DNA of 64,000 bases from a candidate division WOR-3 bacterium. Its GTDB lineage: Bacteria; Hydrothermota; Tepidihabitantia; B3-TA06. Positions 19,996 to 28,024 of this stretch are shown in pieces. The notes under the pieces were generated by a model that had not been told where the DNA came from, did not search any database, and saw only the letters and a program-made list of their open reading frames with translations. Numbering within the stretch: the stretch's first letter is position 1; each line of letters starts with the position of its first letter. The translations under genes and the position numbers were made by a program. The stretch spans positions 1 to 64,000 of the forward strand of contig CBFGKC010000007.1 in the NCBI GenBank assembly GCA_965649265.1, in the 5' to 3' direction.

Positions 19996-22268
19996 CAGAA
20001 GGTCCCCCTTATGCCGAAGCTGGGGACAGGGAAGGGCAGCATGTAGAAGGGGTCCCTGTGAGTTATTCCCGTCTGGTAGTCGAAATAGTAGTCATAGTAG
20101 AGGACATTCTTTGCAGCGTAGACATTGAGGACCTGCAGGTAGAACTGGCAATCGAATTTCTTGAAGAGCTTGAAGCTCTTGGCGAACCCGGCGTCGAGCC
20201 GGTGGTAGGGCGGGTAGCGGACGCCGCCGCGCCTGCCCGTTATGGGCTCCCAGCGAATGTTGCCGTTGGGATCGACGTACTGGTACCATCCGATCTGACC
20301 CGTGAACGGAAACCCGGACGAGAAGACCCAGGCGGATGTAATATCCCAGCCCTTGCCCAGGGGAAGCGAGAAGGAGAGGTTAAGGTTGTGCCGGCTGTCG
20401 TGCACGGGATAGAACCAGTCGGAGTCGCCGAACTTGTATTTCGTGACGGAGTAGCTGTAGCCTATCCACGAGGAGCGGTATTTCACGAGAAGTTCGGCGC
20501 CGTAGGAGTACCCTCTGCCCGTGTCCATGCCGCTCGTGTCGGCGAAGGGTCCAATATCGGAGAACATATCGGCCTCGCGTATGTTTCTCATATCTTTGTA
20601 GTAACCTTCGATGGAGATGTCAACGTTCTTCGGAAACTTGTACTCGGCTCCCAGCGTGAAGAGCGTGGAATGAAGCGGAGGGTGCCATTCATCGGACGGA
20701 ATCCACTGCTGGAAGAACTGCAAGGGGAGCTTGAGCATCATCTCGTCGCGCGGGTACGGCACGTAGAGATACTGGTCGTAAAGACCCGCGCCCGCCTTCA
20801 GGGCAAGGTCGGCAAGCGGCCGGTACTTGACGCCCAGGCGCGGATTGACGCGTAAGTAGTTGCCGTTGGAGAAATACTCACCCCGCAGTCCTGCCTCGAA
20901 AACCCACCACGGCAGGGGCTCCCACTTATCCTGGATGTAGATTGCCGATAAAAGAAAGGTATCACGTTTGTTGACCCAGGTTGTATCCTGGTCCTCGAGC
21001 AAGTTGGCCGTTTCCACGGCTTTGGTTTCTATTCCGAACTCGAGCGAGTGCTCGGGAGCGGGAAACCATTCGAGCCCCCAGCGTCCGCCGATCTCTCCTA
21101 TAGACGTGTTGAGAATGAAGGAATAAGTGGTATCCTCGACCATCGTGGTCTTTACCCGGTAGCGGCTCGCGTTGAACGAAAGCACGGAGAATAGCTGTGG
21201 CGTGAAAACGTAGCGCCAGCGCAGACCCAGCACGCCGTTGCCCCAGCGGAAGTCTATGTCTTGGGATGTCATCTCCTCGAGGTTCAGCACGTCGTCGCCG
21301 AAAAAGCCGGAAATAGTGAAGCGCGAACGATCACTCGCGTCCCAGTTGAGCTTGGCCTGAAGGTCATAGAAGTGGTAGGGTACGTATATATGCATGTAGG
21401 ACGTTTCGGGTATGAACATCTTGTCGAGTGTCCATGTGACTGCGTCGATGTACGTCCTGCGCCCTGCAACCAGCCAGGAGCCCTTTAACCCGAAGGGGAG
21501 GGGGCCCTCTACGACTGCCTTCGACGTGAGGAGGCCAACGTCGGCGTAGCCCGTTATCTTCTCGCTGTTGCCCGCTTTCATCTCGACGTCGAGGACTGAG
21601 GATATGGCGCCGCCGTATCGCGCTGGATAACCGCCCGTGTAAAGCTCCGCGCCCTTCAGGGCCTCGAGGATAAAGGTTGAGTAGAAACCGAGCAGGTGAT
21701 AGGGGTTGTACACGGTGACGCCGTCGAGAAGTATGAGGTTCTGATCCATGGTTCCGCCTCGTATATAAAGAGCGGATGAATAGTCTGAGATAGATACTAC
21801 ACCCGGAAGCATGGTAAGCGAACGGAACAGATCCTGCTCAACGAAACCGGGCACCTGCTTGATCCTTTCCATATCCATTCTTTTCACCCCTATATCGACC
21901 TCGTGTTCGAACCGCTCACGCTCGGCCGTTATCTCGACGGTGCCGAGTTTAAGGGCTTCCTCTTCGAGAAAGAAATCGTGCCTCAGCTTTTTGCCGGCCT
22001 CTATTTCGATCTCGAAACGCTCCTCCTTGAAACCGATCATGGAACAGACGAGCGTGTACTTTCCGGGAGGAATCGCGGATATTACGTAGTAACCGTCCTT
22101 GCTGGTGGACGAACCGAGAGGCTGGTTCTCGATGTAGACGCTCACATAGCTCATGAATTCGCCTGATGATTTCTCGCGCACGAAGCCGGAAACGATTCCG
22201 TAGGATACGGCCTCAAGCCCCCCCGCCGCAAATAACACCGCCGTAAAGACCACCTTTAATCGCAACAT
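19995..22268 (-). CDS. TonB-dependent receptor with N-terminal carboxypeptidase-regulatory-like domain
   Basis: Plug motifs LPGV, IRGG..DQNLILLDG, PARYGG; barrel ending in F. Confidence 0.92.
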   Translation of the reverse strand: MLRLKVVFTAVLFAAGGLEAVSYGIVSGFVREKSSGEFMSYVSVYIENQPLGSSTSKDGYYVISAIPPGKYTLVCSMIGFKEERFEIEIEAGKKLRHDFFLEEEALKLGTVEITAERERFEHEVDIGVKRMDMERIKQVPGFVEQDLFRSLTMLPGVVSISDYSSALYIRGGTMDQNLILLDGVTVYNPYHLLGFYSTFILEALKGAELYTGGYPARYGGAISSVLDVEMKAGNSEKITGYADVGLLTSKAVVEGPLPFGLKGSWLVAGRRTYIDAVTWTLDKMFIPETSYMHIYVPYHFYDLQAKLNWDASDRSRFTISGFFGDDVLNLEEMTSQDIDFRWGNGVLGLRWRYVFTPQLFSVLSFNASRYRVKTTMVEDTTYSFILNTSIGEIGGRWGLEWFPAPEHSLEFGIETKAVETANLLEDQDTTWVNKRDTFLLSAIYIQDKWEPLPWWVFEAGLRGEYFSNGNYLRVNPRLGVKYRPLADLALKAGAGLYDQYLYVPYPRDEMMLKLPLQFFQQWIPSDEWHPPLHSTLFTLGAEYKFPKNVDISIEGYYKDMRNIREADMFSDIGPFADTSGMDTGRGYSYGAELLVKYRSSWIGYSYSVTKYKFGDSDWFYPVHDSRHNLNLSFSLPLGKGWDITSAWVFSSGFPFTGQIGWYQYVDPNGNIRWEPITGRRGGVRYPPYHRLDAGFAKSFKLFKKFDCQFYLQVLNVYAAKNVLYYDYYFDYQTGITHRDPFYMLPFPVPSFGIRGTF

Positions 22269-22274
22269 GCGGTG

Positions 22275-22302
22275 AGTGTACTCAATGCCTATCGTTTGTC
22301 AA
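22275..22302 (-). promoter_or_regulatory. sigma70-like promoter, probably leaderless
   Basis: TTGACA-16bp-TACACT, ATG 6 nt downstream. Confidence 0.65.
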
Positions 22303-22342
22303 ACGTTATCCTCATAAGTACTGGGGAGTGGAATTATTCAAA

Positions 22343-22380
22343 AAATTAAAGAGCCGCTTTTAGAAGCGGCTCTTTAATTT
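22343..22380. terminator. Intrinsic terminator after the M16 operon
   Basis: AAATTAAAGAGCCGCTT..AAGCGGCTCTTTAATTT. Confidence 0.8.
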
Positions 22381-22393
22381 CTTTAAGGAATTT

Positions 22394-23821
22394 CTAGTAA
22401 ACCTCGGGATCTATCACGGTAACCTTGCCGAACTTCGACAGCGAACCGTCAAAAGCGGTGGTGTCACCCATTATAAGGATAACCAGGCTGTCCGAATTCA
22501 TGAAACGCGCGGCAAAACGGTTCACGTCTTCAACCTTCACCGGGGCGATCTTATCAGGCATCTTGTCCCAGAAATCAAGAGGGTAGCCGTTCGAAGCATA
22601 CGACATGCGGTCGGCGAGAACGGAGTTAGGGTCCTCGTAGTACGCAGGGAATGAAGCAAACCAGCTGTCCCTGGCGCTCTTGAGTTCCTCATCCGTTATG
22701 CCTTTATCTTTCAGGTCACTTACTATACCAACCATTACGTCACAGGCTTCAACCGTGGATTGAGACTTTGTCATACATATCGCACCTATTCTGCCGTCGT
22801 TTTCAAAACCGCCGGATATGTAACCGAAAACGAGGTATGCCAGACCGCGTTTGTCTCTTACCTCGCGGTTAAGCCTGGAAAAGTCCTTACCGCCGTAAAT
22901 CAGGGAAAGCAGCCTCGACGCCGGGTATTCTGGATCATCGCGGTTTATGCCCTGGTACCCCATGAAAATCTGACTCTGCACCGAACCCGGCCACTGCACC
23001 AGATACACGCCGGGCGTCGCGCAGGCGGCGACCAGCGGCTCGCTTTCCCACGGCTCGGCCTTCGGCTCCTGCCAGACACCGAAACATTTTTCGAGAAGTA
23101 CGAGCATCTCATCCGCGTCAAAATCGCCCGATACGCCGATCATGGTCAGCGAAGGCCGGTAGTTTGCGGCGTGGAAGTCCTCGATGAGCTTCCTCGAGAT
23201 TTGTTTCAGGGTCGCCGGAGTTATCTCTCTCGCGGCAGGGCTGGCCGGTCCAGAGACAAGTTTCGAGAATATTCTGCTCGCAACATCGTCGGATTCAAGG
23301 TTACGGGAGTTATAAGCGGTTTTGTACTGCTCCTTGTTCAACTCCAGCCTGTCCTGGGGAAGGGACGGTCTGATTATCGCTTCTGAAACGAGCGGTAACA
23401 GGTTCTCAAGATGCTCCGACAAAAGACGCAGCCTGAAAGACGCATTATTAGCTCCCGCTCCGCCGCCGAACGACGCACCCAGTTTCTGCAGGCTGTCGGC
23501 AAAAAGCCTGCTGCCGACAGTCTTGCTCCCGCCTTCTACGATCACGTCGGCGAGCAGTTCCGCGGTGCCCGATTTTTCATAAGGCACCCTGCGTTCCCCC
23601 GCCTCAATAGATATGGTCACATCAACTAAAGGGAGCTCGTGGTCCTCGACAAAAAAGACTTCTATGCCGTTTGAAAGCTTGTGACGCTCTACCGACTGGG
23701 GAGTAAAGTCCAATCTTGCCGGGAAGCTCAACTGGCGAGGGTCCTTAACGCTCACGGCCGGCAAGAAGGATGCCGAAATCAAAACGGCGGGAATTATTTT
23801 CAAAAGGATTCGACTAATCAT
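22394..23821 (-). CDS. M16 (pitrilysin) family peptidase, non-catalytic subunit
   Basis: LSNGIEV, SRLNREVRDKRGLAY; lacks HXXEH. Confidence 0.88.
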   Translation of the reverse strand: MISRILLKIIPAVLISASFLPAVSVKDPRQLSFPARLDFTPQSVERHKLSNGIEVFFVEDHELPLVDVTISIEAGERRVPYEKSGTAELLADVIVEGGSKTVGSRLFADSLQKLGASFGGGAGANNASFRLRLLSEHLENLLPLVSEAIIRPSLPQDRLELNKEQYKTAYNSRNLESDDVASRIFSKLVSGPASPAAREITPATLKQISRKLIEDFHAANYRPSLTMIGVSGDFDADEMLVLLEKCFGVWQEPKAEPWESEPLVAACATPGVYLVQWPGSVQSQIFMGYQGINRDDPEYPASRLLSLIYGGKDFSRLNREVRDKRGLAYLVFGYISGGFENDGRIGAICMTKSQSTVEACDVMVGIVSDLKDKGITDEELKSARDSWFASFPAYYEDPNSVLADRMSYASNGYPLDFWDKMPDKIAPVKVEDVNRFAARFMNSDSLVILIMGDTTAFDGSLSKFGKVTVIDPEVY

Positions 23822-25301
23822 TGTTTACCTCCATGCTCCCGACCGTCCGGCAATCCGGTTTAAAATACTCTGAAGCCGCACGTGCGAGGTCATCCGTCGT
23901 GATCTCAGACAATGCGGTTTTGAGGCGAAATCTGGCACGCCATCCCCCGGGTTCCTGGTCGCCGATGGCAAGTGTGTAGGCCATTCCCATGTTCGAGGAA
24001 AACCGCGAAAACTGACCAACCTGCCAGCGTGCGCGGGCGGCATCCAGTTCGTCCTGCGTAACTGGTTTTTCCGAGAGTTTACCGAGTTCTTCCAGAATCG
24101 CCTTCTCGAGCTCCGCGGCCGTAACCCCATCGAGGCCGCCTGCCCGAACCGAAAAGCTTCCCACGTATTTGAACGAGCTGTTTGAAGCTCCTACGTAAGA
24201 AGCGAGCTTGCGTTCTTCAACGAGTGACCTGTAAAGCCTTGAGGTGCGGCCGTCACCCAGCACTCTTCCCAGCAGATCAAGAACAAGCTCGTCCTTGTCC
24301 GCCTTGGACACCGTCTGAAACTCGACGTACACGTAAGTGGAAACGTTTGGAAGCTTCATCTCCAGCCGCCTTACGTCCTTTTGCTCAGGCTCCCTCGATA
24401 TAACCACAGGCGAATCGTGTTTTGCCGGAATCCTCGAGAAGTACGCGTCAATGACCGGTATGATATCCCCGGCGTTCACGTCCCCGACTATGGCGGCGGT
24501 CATCTCTTGCGGAACGTAGTATTTGTTGTAAAAATCCTGCACGTCGGCTCTTTCAAGATGCGCGATATCCGAGGCATGCCCCACTATCGGCTGTCCGTAG
24601 GGAACTGTCTTATATTGAACGCTGTTGAGATCTTCGTAGAAAAGACCGCTCGGTGTGTTGTCTACCCGCATGCGGCGCTCCTCCTTTATCACGTCGCGCT
24701 CCTCGTAGAAATCCCTGAAAATCGGGTTGGTGAGACGCTCGGACTCCATTGCCGCCCACAGCTCGAACCTGTTGGAAGGAAGCGTAACGATGTAGGTCGT
24801 ATGGTCGTACGAGGTGCCCGCGTTGAGACCGGTTCCGCCGTTGCGCTCGTAAATCTCGGAGAATTCGCCGCCGCGAGAGTAGGAGGATGCCTTCTTGAGG
24901 TCCGCCCTGAAAACGGCATACAGCGGTGCAAGTGCCGAAGAATCGGCCCCCCGGTCCTTTGCCTTGATGTATGCTTCGTATGAGGCGTCGAGTTCGGCCA
25001 ATGCCTTAGATTCGGCATTATAGTCGGTCGTTCCTATCTTTTTAGTTCCCTTGAAAGCCAGATGCTCCAGAAGATGGGCTATGCCGGTCTTGTTCGTGAC
25101 CTCGTTCACCGAACCCGCGTTTACCGAGATGACGAAGCTCACAAGAGGTGCCTCGTGCCGCTCCAAAATGAGGAAACGCATCCCGTTGGGGAGTTCGTGT
25201 TCTACAACTCGCGATTCGAGATCGCTCCACGTATCCGCACCGGCGAGGGTTGGCGCGATCACCGCGGCAAGAATCGCAAGAATTCTCCTAATATCAATCA
25301 T
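23814..25301 (-). CDS. M16 family zinc peptidase, catalytic subunit
   Basis: GIAHLLEHLAFKGT (HXXEH), NAGTSYD, signal peptide. Confidence 0.92.
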   Translation of the reverse strand: MIDIRRILAILAAVIAPTLAGADTWSDLESRVVEHELPNGMRFLILERHEAPLVSFVISVNAGSVNEVTNKTGIAHLLEHLAFKGTKKIGTTDYNAESKALAELDASYEAYIKAKDRGADSSALAPLYAVFRADLKKASSYSRGGEFSEIYERNGGTGLNAGTSYDHTTYIVTLPSNRFELWAAMESERLTNPIFRDFYEERDVIKEERRMRVDNTPSGLFYEDLNSVQYKTVPYGQPIVGHASDIAHLERADVQDFYNKYYVPQEMTAAIVGDVNAGDIIPVIDAYFSRIPAKHDSPVVISREPEQKDVRRLEMKLPNVSTYVYVEFQTVSKADKDELVLDLLGRVLGDGRTSRLYRSLVEERKLASYVGASNSSFKYVGSFSVRAGGLDGVTAAELEKAILEELGKLSEKPVTQDELDAARARWQVGQFSRFSSNMGMAYTLAIGDQEPGGWRARFRLKTALSEITTDDLARAASEYFKPDCRTVGSMEVNND

Positions 25302-25580
25302 TAGCTGCTCCTTTGAGATATTTATGTTATGATATCCGAACGGTGGTGAAAGTAAAGCTCTCGAGGAAGTGGTTGTCCGATGGCGGTCGGCGGCATCAAA
25401 TAACAGGGATTATGGAACGTTTCGAGGGTCGGAGAGAGGCTAAAAAGGGGTTCCGAGCCGGACCGAGGGGGCAGCAAAGAAAATAAGGTATCTTTGATTT
25501 CATTCCAACTTTAAAGACTGTAATGAATGATTCGTCTCATGGTTCCCATACAAATGCCTTGCCTTTTCATAAGAAATAGA

Positions 25581-25602
25581 TAGCCCCCCTGACGGGGGGC
25601 TA
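25581..25602 (-). terminator. Hairpin downstream of tRNA-Met
   Basis: TAGCCCCCC-tgac-GGGGGGCTA. Confidence 0.65.
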
Positions 25603-25613
25603 AAGGGGTTAAG

Positions 25614-25687
25614 TAGCGGGGGCTGGATTTGAACCAGCGACCTTGAGGTTATGAGCCTCACGAGCTGCCAGACTGCTCCACCCCGCA
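25614..25687 (-). tRNA. tRNA-Met(CAT), initiator type; CCA not encoded
   Basis: GCGGGGTGGAGCAG 5' arm, 1:72 mismatch, anticodon arm TGAGG-CTCATAA-CCTCA, GGTTCAAATCC. Confidence 0.95.
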
Positions 25688-25696
25688 GTATACGGT

Positions 25697-25724
25697 ATTG
25701 TAGCCGTAAAAGAAAGGATGTCAA
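25697..25724 (-). promoter_or_regulatory. tRNA promoter
   Basis: TTGACA-16bp-TACAAT. Confidence 0.75.
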
Positions 25725-25842
25725 GTTTTATCTGTAACGCACGCCGCGCCCCCACGCGCGAGGGATGTTGTCCTGAACGGCGTAGCTCCTGTCGACGGTG
25801 AATACAGAAGAGGGAGAGGGAGGAAGTTCCAAATACTTTCAC

Positions 25843-25870
25843 TTGACAGTAGAAGATTACGGTCTATTCT
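25843..25870 (+). promoter_or_regulatory. sigma70-like promoter
   Basis: TTGACA-16bp-TATTCT; GAGGAGG SD before 25896. Confidence 0.65.
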
Positions 25871-25895
25871 TTAGTAATCTTAAGAGGAGGTTTTA

Positions 25896-27500
25896 ATGTT
25901 TCACTTGTGTCTTTTGACAATGACGATTTTCTCAGGCGTTCTTGCCGGACCCATCAAGTTAGGCGACGCCGCGCCCGGCCATCACCAGGCTTCACTGCAG
26001 GTCGCGGTGGCCGCTGACGGCCGTTTTGTCGTGCTCTGGCTGGATAGCTTATTTCACGAAGACCAATTCGTGCCGCCGCTTGATTTGTACATCCGTTTCT
26101 TTGACAAGGACGGCAACCCCATGACCGATGCGTACAAGATACCCAAGTTAGTCGATACGGCATGGGTTAATCTTCAATCAATGGACATGGACTCGGCAGG
26201 CAACACCGTAGTCGCCTGGGTTGAGAACAAGACATTGAGCGCCGAGCTTTTATCCAAGATACGCTTCATGAGCTTTGCGCCGGACGGTTCGCCTCTAACG
26301 CCTTCAAAGACGCTTTATTCCGACATAGACATGGGTTTTCCGGTTTCGGTCAGCCTTTCGAACAAGGGCGCGTTTGCATTGTGCTTTAAGACTATATTAA
26401 GAGACAGCAGCGGCGCCTGGATTCAGAGATTCGACCTTTCAGGCAACCCGCTTGATTCGGCTTTTCTGGCATACGACACCTTGCCAGATACTTTCGAGGG
26501 TAGTTATAGACTTGTAAAGAACTCGCTGAACGATGAAGGCGATATAGTTGTTACCTGGCTTCATAAAATAGAGACTTCCCGCATGTACCCGTTTTATCAG
26601 GTGTTCGACTCCCTGGATAAGCCCGTGAACTGGGCGCCCTTGGGGCACCGTCTTGACAAAGGCGACAGTAGATGCGGCTCCTGCAGCCCGCATCCTTACT
26701 GGGTAGACAATGACCGCTTCGCGGCGTTCTGGTCCGATTACTGCCATCCTAACGGACCGGGCGGATCATTACCGATTCTTGGACGTGTTTTTTCTGACCG
26801 AGGTCTTACACCGCATGAGATATGCACCGTGGCCTGGGGAGACAGCCTTCACGTGGCGCCAGATACTAGAGATCCATTTACAACCTCTTTATCTTCATCC
26901 GGCAAGTTCGCCTACACGCACGAGCGAATGTACTCGTTTCTGGATTCGATAACCGATCCCCATCAGTGGAAATCCCACTCCTGGTCGCATGATGCAGGTT
27001 TTCTGGGCGAGATTGTTGACGACGAACCACATCGAAGAACTAATCTCTTTGAGTATACGCCCCCATGGGGAGAGGATACGGTCTGGTGCGTATCACGTTG
27101 GGCCGCTCCAGCCCGGCTGCAAAAGCCGGCGGTCGCCTGCAACGATGACCGCATCGTGTGGGTGTATTCACGGCTTAACACCGACACCATTTTCGAGGCC
27201 TATGCCCTCGTCACCGACTGGAACATGGGCGTCGGCGTACAAGATAAGCCCACAATCACCACACCTTCTAATTTTACCCTCCTCTCCCCCATCGGCTCCG
27301 AGATAGTGCTGAGATACGAAGGTATGCCCGGAGGTTTCCGGGCGATCGTTTACGACGCGTCGGGAAGACAGGTGGACGAAATCAAATCGACCGCGGCCTC
27401 AGGCACAATCGAATGGGGGAAATGTTACGGGCCTGGCGTCTACTTCATTGTGCCGGACGCTGGCTCGAAGCAAGTGGCAAAGGTCGTGCTTGTAAAATGA
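25896..27500 (+). CDS. Secreted beta-propeller-like protein with T9SS-type C-terminal sorting-like domain
   Basis: Signal peptide; repeated G.FVV.W / IRFFD..G.P; C-terminal VYDASGRQV..PGVYFI..KVVLVK. Confidence 0.8.
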   Translation: MFHLCLLTMTIFSGVLAGPIKLGDAAPGHHQASLQVAVAADGRFVVLWLDSLFHEDQFVPPLDLYIRFFDKDGNPMTDAYKIPKLVDTAWVNLQSMDMDSAGNTVVAWVENKTLSAELLSKIRFMSFAPDGSPLTPSKTLYSDIDMGFPVSVSLSNKGAFALCFKTILRDSSGAWIQRFDLSGNPLDSAFLAYDTLPDTFEGSYRLVKNSLNDEGDIVVTWLHKIETSRMYPFYQVFDSLDKPVNWAPLGHRLDKGDSRCGSCSPHPYWVDNDRFAAFWSDYCHPNGPGGSLPILGRVFSDRGLTPHEICTVAWGDSLHVAPDTRDPFTTSLSSSGKFAYTHERMYSFLDSITDPHQWKSHSWSHDAGFLGEIVDDEPHRRTNLFEYTPPWGEDTVWCVSRWAAPARLQKPAVACNDDRIVWVYSRLNTDTIFEAYALVTDWNMGVGVQDKPTITTPSNFTLLSPIGSEIVLRYEGMPGGFRAIVYDASGRQVDEIKSTAASGTIEWGKCYGPGVYFIVPDAGSKQVAKVVLVK

Positions 27501-27562
27501 AGTTTGCCCTTAACCTTTACGACTTGTCGGCAAACTTCAAAGCGAAGCTTCCAGCTGCGCCA

Positions 27563-27980
27563 GGGGTCCCCGCAAGCATACGGAGTAGGCTTGTGGGGTG
27601 GAATCCCCCCTCCCCCCCTTAATAAGGGAGGCGCTGACGCGTCCATTAATCCAGCCCGACCGCCCAGAGGACGGTTTGAAGTTTTCCCTTACCTTTTTGA
27701 TTTGAAGGAAAACTTCTGAACGACTTTCCCGGAAAGTCGTCGGGGTCCCCAAAGGAGTGCCTCCGGCAATCCTTTGGGGTGATCTTTTACCCTATAATCA
27801 CCCGAAAAAGGCCGAAAATGACTAAAAATCGTCTTTCATGTTTTTTGGCTCCTAACTGACCAATATGTGCAATTTACCTGCGATTTACCCCTCTTTTTGG
27901 CCATTTTTTTGTCCATCTTTTGTCCCACTTTTGTCCAGCTTTTTTTTAAGCCCCGGAGAGCCTCCGGCATTCTTTCGGGA
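27563..27980 (+). repeat. Composite repeat module: two GGGGTCCCC hairpins, C-tract palindrome and 11-bp array
   Basis: Hairpins 27563-27599 and 27742-27780; 27602-27632 matches 16651-16681; 11-mers 27895-27939. Confidence 0.8.
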
Positions 27981-27990
27981 ATAATCTAAC

Positions 27991-28018
27991 TTGACATAAT
28001 TCAAGCTTGCACTAGACT
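27991..28018 (+). promoter_or_regulatory. sigma70-like promoter, probably leaderless
   Basis: TTGACA-16bp-TAGACT, ATG 6 nt downstream. Confidence 0.7.
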
Positions 28019-28024
28019 TACATT

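Noticed and set aside
19959-20855. 298-aa + strand ORF and similar long antisense ORFs (e.g. 1709-2476, 57376-58074, 62687-63508)
   Set aside because: Shadow frames of well-supported high-GC genes, with no motifs
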